From: Pristiophorus japonicus | Lineage: Eukaryota | Length of the DNA: 64,000 nucleotides | Assembly (NCBI RefSeq): GCF_044704955.1 | Contig: NC_091981.1 | Span: forward strand, 31,434,001-31,498,000 | Direction of reading: 5' to 3' | Shown: positions 33,673 through 46,589 of the stretch, one piece after another | Numbering within the stretch: position 1 is the first letter of the stretch | How the letters are laid out: each line of letters begins with the position of its first letter | Made by a program: the position numbers and the translations under genes | The notes under the pieces: model-generated | What the model saw: only the letters and a program-made list of their open reading frames with translations | Database searches by the model: none | Told to the model about the DNA's origin: nothing

Positions 33673-36600
33673 TTATAGGTTCAGTCTCTCAGGTGGTCTA
33701 CGCTCTTGCGTGGAGCGTCTGAGTTGTGGTTCAGTTGTTTGCCTTGGTGTCTGTTTTTCTTTGGGTGTGGTTGCTGGTACCTCGCCTGGGCTGTCTGTTT
33801 CGATTGGTGTGATTGTTGTTGACTCACCTGGGCTGTCTGTTGGGATTGCCCTTTCCTCAGGTTGTTCCCTCTGTCTGTCCACCAGGTGTGGTGCGAGTTC
33901 CACATTGTAGTCTGCCTCTGGTTCCGCAGTGTTGTTGGTAAATCTGCTTTTGACTTGGTCTACATGCCTCCGGCAGGTTTTGCCATTGTCCATTTGTATT
34001 ACCAGTAGCCTGTTTCCTTCCTTCCCCGTTACTGTCCCTGCAAGCCATTTAGGACCCCTGCCATAGTTTAGTACAAACACTTTGTCCCCTATCTCATTCC
34101 ATCTCCCCCTCGAATTTCTGTCATGGTATTCAGTCAGCTTACGGCGCTTTGCCGCAATGATTTTGTGCATGTCTGGGAGGATTAATGAGAGCCTTGCTTT
34201 TAAAGTCCTTTTCATCAACAGTTGCGCGGGGGGGGATCCCAGTCAGTGAGTGCGGACGAGATCTGTATGCCAGCAGCAGTCGTGACAGCCGACCTTGCAG
34301 CGTGGGACCTTGGATTTTAAGCATGCCTTGTTTAATGATTTGCACTGCTCTCTCCGCCTGGCCATTGGAGGCCGGCTTGAATGGTGCTGTCTTGATGTGA
34401 TTTATGCCGTGGTCAATTATAAAGTCTTGTAATTCTGCGCTGGTGAAGCACGGACCATTGTCACTGACCAATATGTCAGGGATTCCGTGCCTTGCAAACA
34501 TGGTTGCGAGGTTGTGCTCGAGTTTAAAATGGTGCTTTGATCCACGTTGAAAATGCATCTACAACTACAAGGAACATTTCGCCCATGAATGGGCCTGCTT
34601 ATGTGCACCCGTGACCACGGTTTGGTACGCCAGGGCCAGGGGCTCACTGGAGCCTCCCTGCGGGCATTGCTGAGTTGGGCACAAATGGTGCACCTTCGGA
34701 CGCAGAGCTCCAAGTCCACGTCAATACCAGGCCACCAGACGTGGGATCTGGCTATGGCCTTCATGAGAACGATCCCCGGGTGCTCGCGGTGGAGCTCCCG
34801 GACAAATGCCTCTCTGCCTCGCAGAGGCATGACTACTCGGCTGCCCCACATCAGGCAGTCTGCTTGTAGTGATAGCTCATGCATGTGCCTGTGAAAGGGT
34901 TTTAATTCCTCGGGGCAAGCATCGTGAGCCTCTGCCCAGTCACCGGTTAGGACATATCTTTTTACTAAGGATAACGTGGGGTCGCTGGCTGTCCAGGCTC
35001 TGATTTGGCGAGCCGTCATGGGCGAACCTGTGGACTCAAAGGCATTGATTGCCATGACTATCTCACAGTCCTGTTCGTCAGACCCTTCCGTGGTCGCCAG
35101 GGGTAGCCTGCTGAGCGCGTCGGCACAGTTGTCTGTGCCTGGTATGTGCCTTATGGTGTAGTCGTAGGATGCCAGCATGAGTGCCCACCGTTGAATTCAT
35201 GCCGAGGCGTTGGCGTTTATTGCCTTGCTCTCGGATAGGAGGGATGTGAGGGGCTTGTGGTCGGTTTCTAATGCGAACTTGGCCCCGAAAAGGTATTGGT
35301 GCATCTTTTTGACACCGTACACACACGCGTGCGCCTCCTTCTCTACCATTCCGTACCCGCGCTCCGCCCGCGAAAGTGACCTGGAGGCATAAGCTATGGG
35401 CTGTAATTTGCCCGCACTATTGACATGTTGCAAAACGCACCCGACCCCATACGCTGACGCATCGCATTTGAGAACTAGCTTTTTACCTGGGTCAAAGAAA
35501 GTCAAAACACTGTTGGAACACATAAGGTTGTGTGCCTTATTGAAGGCGCATTCCTGGGCGTCCCCCCAAAACCAATCGCACTCCTTCCTGAGTAGCACAT
35601 GGAGAGGCTCCAGCAGTGTGCTTAAGTTCTGCATAAAGTTCCCAAAGTAATTGAGTAGCCCGAGAAAGGCGCGCAGTTCTGAGACATTCCGGGGCCTGTG
35701 TGCCAGGCGAATTGCTTCTGTTTTGGACTCTGTTGGGCGGATTCCATCAGCGGCAATCCTTCTGCCCAAAAATTCAACCTCGGGTGCGAGAAACAGGCAC
35801 TTGGATTTCTTGACTCATGGGCCTACCCGATCCAACCGCTTTAGTACTTCCTCCAAATTACGGAGATGGGAGTCGGTGTCCCTGCCCGTGATAAGTATGT
35901 CGTCTTGAAATACAACCGTCCCCGGGATGGACTTGAGCAGACTCTCCATGTTGCGCTGGAATATGGCAGCTGCCGACCTGATGCCGAATGGGCATCGATT
36001 GTACATGAAAAGGCCTCGATGTGTGTTGATAGTGGTGAGTAGCTTGGATTCCTCGGTCAATTCTTGCGTCACATACGCAGATGTGAGATCTAATTTTGAG
36101 AAAAGTTTACCTCCAGCCAATGTGGCAAATAAGTCCTCCGCTCTGGGCAGTGGGTACTGGTCCTGTAGGGAGACTCTGTTTATGGTAGATTTGTAGTCCC
36201 CACAGATTCGTACGGATCCATCAGGCTTCATGACTGGGACGATGGGACTTGCCCAGTCGCTAAATTCCACAGATGATATAATGCCTTCCCGCAGAAGCCT
36301 GTCTAGTTCGTGTTCAATCTTTTCCCTCATCACATAGGGTACAGCTCTGGCCTTGTGATGGACCGGTCTAGCATCCTGTGTAATGTAGATTTTGACTTTG
36401 GCCCCTTTGAAAGTGCCCACACCTGGCTGAAAGAGATGTTCAAATCGCTTTATAACTGTTGAGCAGGAGGTCTGTTCCTCTAATGACATGGCATGGACAT
36501 CATCCCATTTCCAGTTTAGTTTTGCCAGCCAGCTTCTCCCCAGCAGTGCTGGGGGGTCTCCGGGGAAAATCCACAGGAGAAGTCGGTTCACTGTCCCTTT

Positions 36601-36966
36601 GTGCGTGACAGAGAGCATGGCGCTGCCGAGGACTGGTACGATTTCTTTGGTATAGGTCCTTAGTTTGGTGTCGACCCTTGTGAGTTTTGGTCTGTCGCTT
36701 TTATGCGGCCACAGTTGTTCAAATTGTTGAACGCCCATGAGAGATTGACTCGCTCCCGTATCCAGCTCCATGTTGACAGATATCCCGTTGAGTAGGACCC
36801 TCATCATTATAGGAGGCGTCCTGTTGTAGGAGCAGCGGCCATTGATCATGTTGACCCACTGTACATCGGTGTCCTGGGTACTGTCCCTACCATCTTCTGG
36901 TCCGCTTTCCGACCCATCCGATTCGTATACCAGCCAAGCTGCCGTTTTTTTGCACATGCGGGCCAA
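33673..36966 (-). pseudogene. pol: Gypsy pol (PR, RT, RNase H, integrase), several frameshifts
   Basis: MELDTGAS, FQDDILI, CDASAYGVG, H..HPGIV..WWPGID..C..C, LVSDNGPCF, SNGQAERAVQ. Confidence 0.93.
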
Positions 36967-36979
36967 ATGCCCTGTATAT

Positions 36980-37831
36980 TCACAATTTCTGCAAACAGCC
37001 TGCTGAAATCAACATCCCCTTGATGAGTGCCCACCTCCAGCACAGACCTGTTCCATTGTTCAAAGTGTTCCCAAAGAATGAGCTGCATCTGGCTGATCTC
37101 TCTTGAGCTTCTCTCAGTTTGTAGTTGATTGCTCGCATTGTGGGTTGATGAGGTGTGAACGCCCGTTCCTGTGGCCCTTGATGGCTTCTGCCTGCTGTCG
37201 AGAGCCTGTTCTCCCAGTTTTGTCTGTGTGTGGGGGTAGCAGCTTGCTTAGTGCTGTGAACTTCTTGTTCCGATATTTCGTTAGTTGTCGTACTTGCATT
37301 GTAAATCAACCTCGTTTCTTCTTCCCCTACCAAGAATGTCTGTGCAACCAGTGCTGCTGCCTCTAAGGTCAGGTTCTTGGTCTCTATGAGCTTTCGGAAT
37401 ATGCCTGTGTGGCCTATTCCTTCATTGAAAAAGTCTCTCAGCATTTCTCTCCTCAGTTCATCAGAGAACTCACATAAACTAGCCAACCTCCGAAGTCCCG
37501 CCACGAAGTCGGGTATGCTCTGGCCCACACAGTGTCTGTAGTTGTAAAACCTGTATCTGGCCATGTGTAGGCTGCTTGCTGGCTTCAGGTGGTCTCGTAC
37601 CAGTATGCTCAATTCTTCAAACGACTTTCTTGCTGGTTTCTCGGGTGCCAACAGATCCTTCATTAAAGCGAATGTTTTCGAGCCACAGCTGGTCAAGAGA
37701 TGGGCTCTTCTCTTGTCTGCCTTATCGTCAGCTAACCAGTCTTTGGTTACAAAGCTTTGCTGGAGCCTTTCTATAAAGTCCTCCCAATTGTCTCCCACAT
37801 TGTACTTTTCATCTGATCCGTTGTTCGCCAT
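36980..37831 (-). pseudogene. gag: Gypsy gag
   Basis: WEDFIERLQQSF, FVAGLRRLASLCEF; frameshift in the zinc-knuckle region. Confidence 0.9.
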
Positions 37832-38103
37832 TCTGTGGATTCTGTAATCCCGTAACCCGTCGCCACTGCAAAGTCCTGTCCCCTCAGTATAGATTCACAC
37901 GAGGCATGTAGTTAAGTCAAGGTCACTCTGGACCATTATTTCACAGCTCTGGAATGCTGCACTTGCCTGAGACCTGTCCTTATATACCTGTCTCTTACAA
38001 GTGCACCCTTGGTGGTAAGATATGCTGGTCATATCTTATTACAGTCATGTATAGCATGTTAGGATACAGTTAAATATAACAATGTAAGATACATGACACT
38101 ATC

Positions 38104-40704
38104 ATTGCAGACCATAATGTCCACCTGTGCGCTCTTCTGTCATCGCTGAGGTAGTACTTAGTGGCACGTACAAGTGACCAGTTGTTCCGGGGAAGTTCTT
38201 TCTGCTGGAGGAAAACTACATCTACAACAGAGACATCAGCCTTAGTCTTGTCCCACTTATGTTGAGGCTGCAGGCTCTGAAGATACTCCTCCCGCCATCG
38301 AATCCAGAATTGCTCTGCGTGATATTGGGCCCGTCGCCATTATTGTCGTCCATACAGAGTTGCCAGGTAGTCCCTGGAGGAGCTGAGTTGTCAGAGTTAA
38401 GAGCATGGCAGGAGTGAGTGCCTGGGGATTGTTGTTAGGAAGGGTCATCTGGTCCTTTTTGAGGGATAGAGGGAACTCCAAGTTTCCTTCCAAATTGTTG
38501 TGAGCAGCTTCTGTCAAGTTCTTGATGAAGTGTTGCTCTTGGATGGAATGGCCTTCAGGTTATCTTCAGGAGCTTCTCTGTATAATTCGTTCATCATTTC
38601 GTCTCAGCAAAACTTGGAGAGAAGTTCTTTCACGTAAATGTGATTCTTGCTGGCCCCTAGGTTGTCTGGTTGTGGCTGAAGGATGGTACGGTTAACGGAG
38701 GCATGGACTTTCTCATTGGCACCACTTGGGCACTGTCCAGCCTAGGTTGGTACGTTGTGTCCACAACGTTCCTCGCGGCCCGTTACGAGACTCTTTGATC
38801 TTGAGGGGTTTGGGGGAATTTCTTCCAATGAGGAGGATGATGTTTACATCTTCTCTCAGCTCGAGTATCCTTTTCGCCATTGACCTGGGGTGCGGAAACT
38901 TCTCACAGAAATCGAGACGTAGGATCTTGCTTCTGTCTCCGGGGATGTAGGCATTCTCGATGATGGTAGGCAGCTGTTCTGTTTTCGATTTGCTGCTTCT
39001 ACAATCGCACTGCTTGCTCGTCTCCTGTCTGCCATGATTCTGTCTCCACCACAGGTGGAAAGCTCATATGGAAAGCTCGACCTGGGAGGTCTAAAGCATT
39101 GAAGATTTCAGGGTCTCTTAAACAGCCTTAGTCTGGTCATCCAGTACTGCATAGTCAAGGATAAGTTTTGAGAGATGATCCCTGTGGCAAATTTTGCATA
39201 GAACGATCTTAGAGCAAGATCGTGCAGAGGGGCAAGCCAAGTATCTGGTGCACTTTGCATTGGCCTCTATGACCTTGTGGTCGTCTACTTGTTCTGGGTC
39301 TCCCTGCCGTGGATCTCCCCACCATTCTGTCTCAGAGTCACGTGCATGAAGGAGGCATGCTCTGTGCATTTGCATTTCTTACATTGCACCTTGGTCTCAC
39401 AGTCCTTTATTCTGTGATTGTTGCTGCACTTGAATCACAGGCCTTTGGCTTTGCAGAATTCTCTTCTCTCTTGAATGGGCTTTCTGCTGAAGGTGATGCA
39501 ACCTGACAGATGATGACCTTGCCTGTCAAGGCAAAGGAATTTCTCTGAGGCTTTCAGCGAGGGCAGCAGCTTCGTGTGTGTAGATGTTGCCAAAATGAGA
39601 AGAGAAGAGCTGTGACTTCTGTTTGTTCTTGTCTGTTCCGAGGTTGGATAATGAACCTTGCTTAATGGGTAAAGGTCAGAGTCGTTGCGCAGTCTGACTT
39701 TGTCTTTCAGGAAAAGAGGGTAGCTGCAGTTAGCCATCTTATACTGTGATACATGCCTCCTCCATGCATTGTAGGTCGGAACTTTGACGCGAATTGGATC
39801 AAAGATAGTGGGATCAAGCACCTTCAAGTCAGGCAAGTCATTCATCTGTCCTGTAACGTCCATGCACAAATCAGCAAGTTCAAGAAGTTTGCGGCTTTTG
39901 TCTGCCTCGAACTTAGGAAAGCTGTCAAGTTTTTGAATGATGGATGTTGTGATCTTTGTCTTGTTACTGAATCTCTCTTTGAGTTCCTTCCATGCTTCTT
40001 GGTAGGCCGTTTCAGGATCAAAAATGTACCAGTGCCAGAGCCTGGTCTTCCCTTTGGTAGATTTGATAAGAAAAGTAAGTTTCTGTGTGGCTGAGGTGTG
40101 GGTCTGGTCTTCCTTGGTTTCGAATGAGCAGCGCCATGGCTGGAACATGATTGGGTCCCCATCATAGACATCGGGGTCATGTGCAGGTTGGCGTTGACAA
40201 GCGAGAATGTTGGAAATTTTTCTCGTCAGATTGAGGGATGGATCCTCTTTGTTGGTTAACATCTCGGGAGGAAAGGAGTTTGAGTCATTCGGAGCTGCAT
40301 CGATGTGTGGTGGGACAGTGGTTTGTTTTGTTACGGCTGGCTGAAGGATCGGGGTTGATGCCCAAAGCTGGTTTACTGGGGCAAAGCTAACTGACATGTC
40401 AACGAGGTCTTGGAACTGTGAGGCATGATCATTTGAGGTCTGTTCTGGTGAAGTTCGAGGCACAGCCATCCGTTCGTCTTGCTCGGCTTGCAGTATTGCA
40501 TCTAACCATGTTCTCTCTATGGCGCCGGTTTGTCTGGCACGACGTATCCGGATGTCTGCCTCGGCTGTAGCTCCTTTTGCTTCCAACTCAGCTGTTCCTT
40601 TCACTGTGGCCTCCTCATAGGCTGCGTTCTCGGCTGCAGCAGCAGCATTGGCTAAAGCTTTGGCCTGGGCACTCAGAACTGAGGACAATGATCTTGGGCT
40701 CCTT
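38104..40704 (-). pseudogene. BEL/Pao gag C-part, protease and fused post-integrase tail
   Basis: YDGDPIMFQPWRCSF, AYQEAWKELKERF, C..HHLSGC..F..ERREFCKAKGL, YAVLDDQ, GNLEFPL..LPNN joined to NPQALTPAMLLTL. Confidence 0.85.
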
Positions 40705-43700
40705 GAAATATAGAAACATAGAAACATCGAAAATAGGTGCAGGAGTAGGCCATTCAGCCCTTTGAGCCTGCACCACCATTCAATGAGATCATGGCTGATC
40801 ATTCCTTCAGTACTCCTTTCCTGCTTTCTCTCCATACCCCTTGATCCCTTTAGCCGTAAGGGACATACCTAATTCCGTCTTGAATATATCCAATGAATTG
40901 GCATCAACAACTCTCTGCGGCAGGGAATTCCGTAGGTTAACAACTCTCTGAGTGAAGAAGTTTCTCCTCATCTCAGTCCTAAATGGCCTGCCCCTTATCC
41001 TAAGAGCATCGGGAACATTCTTCCCGCATCCAACCTGTCCAGTCCCGTCAGAATCTTATACGTTTCTATGAGATCCCCTCTCATCTTTCTAAACTCCAGT
41101 GTATAAAGGCCCAGTTGACCCAGTCTCTCCTCATATGTCAGTCCAGCCATCCCTGGAATCAGGCTGGTGAACCTTCGCTGCACTTCCTCAATAGCAAAAA
41201 CATCCTTCCTCAGATTAGGAGACCAAAACTGAACACAATATTCCAGGTGAGGCCTCACCAAGATCCTGTAAAACTGCAGTAAGACTTCCCTGCTCCTATA
41301 TTCTAATCCCCTAGCTATGAAGGTCAACCTACCTTCTTCACCGCCTGCTGTACCTGCATGCTAACTTTCAATGACTGATGAACCATGACATCCAGGTCTC
41401 ACTGCACCTCCCCTTCTTCTAATCTGCCGCCATTCAGATAATATTCTACCTTTGTGTTTTTGCCACCAAAGCGGATAACCTCACATTTATCCACATTATA
41501 CTGCATTTGCCATGTATTTGCCCACTTGCCTAACCTGTCCAAGTAACCCTGCAGCCTCTTAGCGTCCTTCTCACTGCTCACACCGCCACCCAGCTTAGTG
41601 TCATCTGCAAACTTGGAGATATTACACTCAATTCCATCATCTAAATCATTAATGTATATTGTAAAGAGCTGGGGTCCCAGCTCTGAGCCCTGCGGCACTC
41701 CACTAGTCACTGCCTGCCATTCTGAAAAGCATCTGTTTATCCCGACTCTCAGCTTCCTGTCCGCCAACCAGTTCTCTATTCATTTCAGTACATTAGCCCC
41801 AATACCATGTGCTTTGATTTTGCTCACTAATCTCTTGTGTGGGACCTTGTCAAAAGCCTTTTGAAAGTTCAAATACACCACATCCAATGGTTCTCCCTTG
41901 TCCATTCTACTAGTTACATCCTCAAAAAATTCCAGAAGATTTGCCAAGCATCATTTCCCTTTCATAAATCCATGCTGACTTGGACCAATCCTGTCACTGC
42001 TTTCCAAATGCACTGCTATTTCATCCTTAATGATTGATTCCAACATTTTCCCCACTACTGATGTCAGGCTCGCTGGTCCATAATTACACGTTTTCTCTCT
42101 CCCTCCTTTTTTAAAAAGTGGTGTTATATTAGCTACCCTCCTGTCCATAGGAACTGATCCAGAGTCCATAGACTGTTGGAAAATGGTCACCAATGCATCC
42201 ACTATTTCTAGGGCCACTTCCTTAAGTACTTTGGGATGTAGACTATCAGGCCCTGGGGATTTATCGGCCTTTAATCCCATCAATTTCCCTAACACAATTT
42301 CCCGCCTATTAAGGATATCCTTCAGTTCCTCCTTCTCACTAGATCCTCGGTCGCTTAGTACATCCGAAAGTTTATTTGTGTCTTCCTTCATGAAGACAGA
42401 ATGAAAGTATTTGTTCAATTGGTCTGCCATTTCATTGTTCCCCATTATAAATTTACCCGAATCCGACTGCAAGGGACCTACGTTTGTCTTCACTAATCTT
42501 TTTCTCTTCACATATCTATAGAAACTTTTGCAGTCAGTTTTTATGTTCCCGACAAGCTTCCTCTCGTGCTCTATTTTCTCCCTCTTAATTAAACTCTTTG
42601 TCCTCCTCTGTTGAATTCTAAATTTCTCCCAGTCCTCAGGTTTGCTGCTTTTTCTAGCTAATTTATATGCCTCTTCCTTGGACTTAACACGATCATTAAT
42701 TTCCCTTGTTAGCCACAGTTGAGCCACCTTCCCCATTTTATTTTTACTCCAGACAGGGATGTGCAATTGTTGAAGTTCAACCATGTGATCTTTAAAGGTA
42801 TGCCATTGCCTATCCACCGTAAACCCTTTCAGTATCATTTGCCAGTCTATTCTAGCCAATTCACGCCTCAAACCATCAAAGTTACCTTTCCTTAAGTTCA
42901 GGACCCTAGTTCTAAATTAACTGTATCACTCTCCATCTTAATAAAGAATTCTACCATGTTATGGTCACTCTTCCCCATGGGGCTTCGTACAACAAGATTG
43001 CTAATTAGTCCCTTCTCATTACACATCACCCAGTCTAGGATGGCCAGCTTTCTGGTTGGTTCCTCGACATATTGGTCGAGAAAACCATCCCTAATACACT
43101 CCAGGAAGTCCTCCTCCACCGCATTGCTACCAGTTAGGTTAGCCCAATCAATATTTAGATTAAAGTCACCCATGATTACTGCCGTACCTTTATTGCACAC
43201 ATCCCTTATTCCTTGTTTGATGCTGTCCCCAACCTCACTACTACTATTTGGTGGCCTGTACACAATGCCCACTAGCGTTTTCTGCCCTTTGGTATTCTGT
43301 AGCTCCACCCATACTGATTCCACATCATCCAATCTAATGTCTTTCCTTACTATTGCATTAATTTCCTCTTTAACCAGCAACGCCACCCCGCCTCCTTTTC
43401 ATTTCTGTCTATCCTTCCTAAATGCTGAATACCCTTGGATGTTGAGTTCCCAGCCTTGGTCACCCTGGAGCCATGTCTCCGTGATGCCAATCACATCATA
43501 TCCGGTAACTGCTATCTGCGCAGTTAATTCGTCGACCTGATTCTGAATACTCCTTGCATTGAGGCACAGAGCCTTCAGGCTTGTCGTTTTAACATATTTT
43601 GCCCCTTTAGAATTTTACTGTAATGTAGCCCTTTTTGTTTTTTGCCTTGGGTTTCTCTAACCTCCATTTTTATTATTCTCCCTTTCTATCTTTTGCTTCT

Positions 43701-43957
43701 GACTCCATTTTATTTCCCTCTGTCTCCCTGCATAGGTTCCCATCCCCCTGCCATATTAGTTTAACTCCTCCCCAACAGCACTAGCAAACACTTCCCCTCG
43801 GACATTAGTTCCGGTCCTGCCCAGGTGCAGACCGTCCAGTTTGTACTGGTCCCACCTCCCCCAGAACTGGTTCCAATGCCCCAGGAATTTGAATCCATCC
43901 CTCCTGCACCACTGCTCAAGCCACGTATTCATCTGAGCTATCCTGTGATTCCTACTG
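40705..43957 (-). mobile_element. CR1 LINE (ORF1 C-terminus, near-complete ORF2, tail) inserted in BEL gag
   Basis: SGNH-esterase ORF1 end (WLEQWCRRDGFKFLGHW..DGLHL), APE motifs YRPPN, MGDFN, SDHN, RT motifs, (TTTCTATG)n tail. Confidence 0.94.
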
Positions 43958-44443
43958 CCGAGTGTTCTGACCGTCTGCTGATGTTTGAGCATGATTCTAG
44001 GGCCAAGGTGTGGACCTGCTCCATCGCGTGGGTGATGGCGTTGTTGGTGAGGTTACAGTTCTCGAGAAAGGTTGATTTAGTTAATGGGGTATCTTCCTTG
44101 AATGTTCCTGTTTTGTCCTGGGTTCGAGGTCCTTGAGCACAGACCATAGCCCGGTGTACGTCCGGAGTCCCAAGCGTGCATCAGTCAAGTCCATTTGAAG
44201 GGTGGTTTCGTTATCTGGGGCACCTTGTAGTTTTTCGAGAATTGGTTCAGTTTTCCCCCAGTGTTGATGTAGTTTTCTTTTCCCTTCTTCTACATCGTTG
44301 TTGAGAGCTTTCAAAGTGGGATGTCTCTCTCTCTCTCTGGTCGACCTGGAGGGTCTGTAGTACTGGGAGAGATCTCATCGAGCTCTGGGTGTTGAGTTTC
44401 ACCATCAAGGGGAATCAACGTGGTATTGGGGACACCTGACATG
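43958..44443 (-). pseudogene. BEL/Pao gag N-terminal part
   Basis: Broken ORFs (44081-44314, 43938-44147) between the 5' LTR and the CR1 insertion; assigned by position. Confidence 0.55.
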
Positions 44444-44519
44444 ATGATCGTTCTGTGTCTTGACCACTGGGAAATTACTCTCGGGTAATTCTTAAGTCAG
44501 TTCATCAAATTTAATTCAC

Positions 44520-44971
44520 TGTATTGGCTTCTGTAAGAACGCAGCTTGAGGCTAGCGATAACTCTAACTTCACCAGCTTGTGTCAACCGCAACACCAAGA
44601 AATATAGCCAAAGATCAGAGCTTCAGATTTCAAATCCTTTATTATGCACGATGAACTGTAAGAATACAAAACAAGGAACAATCACTAGATTTCTTGCAGT
44701 ACACCATTAGGAACAATACAATAATCCAAGAACAATCCAATAAAGCTGCAATAAAGAGAAACTACTTACTTAACTATGATTCTGGAGGGGTCACATTAAC
44801 AGAGGTCGAATTCTGAACTAACAATAAGATAAACTTTTGCAGCAAAATGTCTGTCCATCCATGTTTCTTCTTCACTGTCTCCCGAATCCGAAGGGTGCCA
44901 TCCTGTGGCGGGAAACGGTAAAACACAGTACGGTGTCTCTGGGGTGTCACAAAGTGGCTCAGACCATCACA
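44520..44971 (-). repeat. BEL/Pao 5' LTR
   Basis: TG..CA termini; matches 32797-33243. Confidence 0.88.
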
Positions 44972-46589
44972 CGCTTCCTTTTAATTGGCCGCAACTTCGC
45001 AGGGCAGGCTTAACAAGCCCCATCATTGAAAAGTCGTGGGGGAAGCCGGTCACAGCCCACCACCCACCTCGGCTGCACTGTGCTCGCCTCGATAAGCGAA
45101 ATCACGACCATCGTGTGTGTTTTTTTCACTTTCTTTGAACACTTTTAGTTATAAAAATATTGGAGATGGGGTAAAAGTGCTATTTGAGCAGGCGACTCGA
45201 AGTGGGAGGTCATGTGATGAAACCACCAGGAATATGTCCAGTCACAGTTGGCAACCCTACCCCATGATTTATATGGAATCACATAGAAATTACAGCACAG
45301 AAACAGGCCATCAGCCCAACTAGTCGGTGCTGTTGTTGATGCTCCACACGAGCCTCCTCCTGCCCTACTTCATCTAACCCTATCAGCTTAACCTTCTATT
45401 CCTTTCTCCCTCATGTCGTTATCTGGCTTCCCATTGCATGCAACGAACCGATTCGTCTGAACTTTCTGTGTGCCCTTCTGGAGTCAGGGTTGCTGAAGAC
45501 ACCAAAACAAACACTGCCAGCTAGCACAAGTATAACTTCTGGTCTCTGGCAGGTCGAGCAGCTCAGTGTTCAGTACAAACCAGTTTGGTCGTTTTAGTCT
45601 CACTCACCTGTAAACGCCTGTCTCAGCCATTAAAGCAGATACAGTGCAGAGAATCAAAGAAGCATATGCACACCTGCTATTCTGGCTGATATAGAACCTG
45701 ACAATTTAGAGGATTGTGCTTTTAGTGTCCTCGGGCAATATGCAGAATCAACTCGTCAAGTGATTCTACAGAAACACCATTATAAAATCCAGTAGTTATA
45801 AGAATAATGGTATATTGATTTCATACCAGCTAATAAGGAGGGTCTTTGTAGAACAAAAGGGATTTTAAAAAAAACGAGAGCAAGGGAAAGAAAAGTGTAA
45901 AGATGTACTGATCAAAGAAGAGAGATTGAGAATGTGGGCCTGACTAGATGAAAGATGTCCAGTTCAAATACTTGGGGACACGAGGTGAAAGTTATACACA
46001 AGATGTTCTGGGATAATTGAAGATAATGCAATACATGAAGACAATTAAATATTTTTCAGGACAGATATGATTGAGGAACATGGTACAAAAGCACTTAGGA
46101 TGGAGTTAAGCCATGACAAAGAATTGTTGGGCCTAATTTCCTTTTCTTGTATCTAAAAGTGTTCCATTCCTAAATAAAAGAGTCTGGCATCAGACTTGGG
46201 AGCTGAGTGATGTCTCTGGTTGTGAGTTGCTTAGTCATTACTGCTGAAGTGCTGGCTATGGGCCTGAGGCATGTGAGTCAGCACAGCAACGTGTCACTTT
46301 AAACATTGCACATTCAGCTTTACTAAAATAAAAACATGACTCAAAGATAGCAGGGCTTTATTTCTAAGTTAATTGATAATAAAAATCAACAAGGGCTGTT
46401 TTCTTAAAATAACACGCAGCAGTCAAATAGCTAATATGCATGGTTCCTGCTTTTGGAGCCTGAATGGATAAACTCCTCAGTGATAGGCCAGCAAACCTCT
46501 GCCGCTTCCTTCTCCAGCTTATTTGCTTTTGCAAGCTGCTTCCTCCTCCACCTCCTCCTCTTGTGACGTGATCTGCCATTGCTCTTTGT

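Larger units (their letters stand above)
33398..38098 (-). mobile_element. Full-length Ty3/Gypsy provirus nested in the BEL element
   Basis: LTRs 33398-33645 and 37867-38098, perfect TSD CTATC, PBS TGGCGACGGG, PPT GGGGGAGGG, gag-PR-RT-RH-IN order. Confidence 0.96.
32797..44971 (-). mobile_element. BEL/Pao LTR retrotransposon, RT/RNase H/integrase core deleted, with nested Gypsy and CR1
   Basis: Two ~450-bp LTRs, TSD CGTTT/CGCTT, Pao-type gag, protease YAVLDDQ, C-terminal LPRNNWSL and YLRSISELVLI. Confidence 0.88.

Noticed and set aside
39435-40835. 466-aa ORF as a novel gene
   Set aside because: Chimera: the first ~43 aa read through a CR1 3' UTR and the rest is BEL gag
42956-43540. Long antisense ORFs over CR1 and Gypsy (also 11168-11578, 60492-60899)
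   Set aside because: Shadow frames of retroelement coding sequence, repeated in each copy
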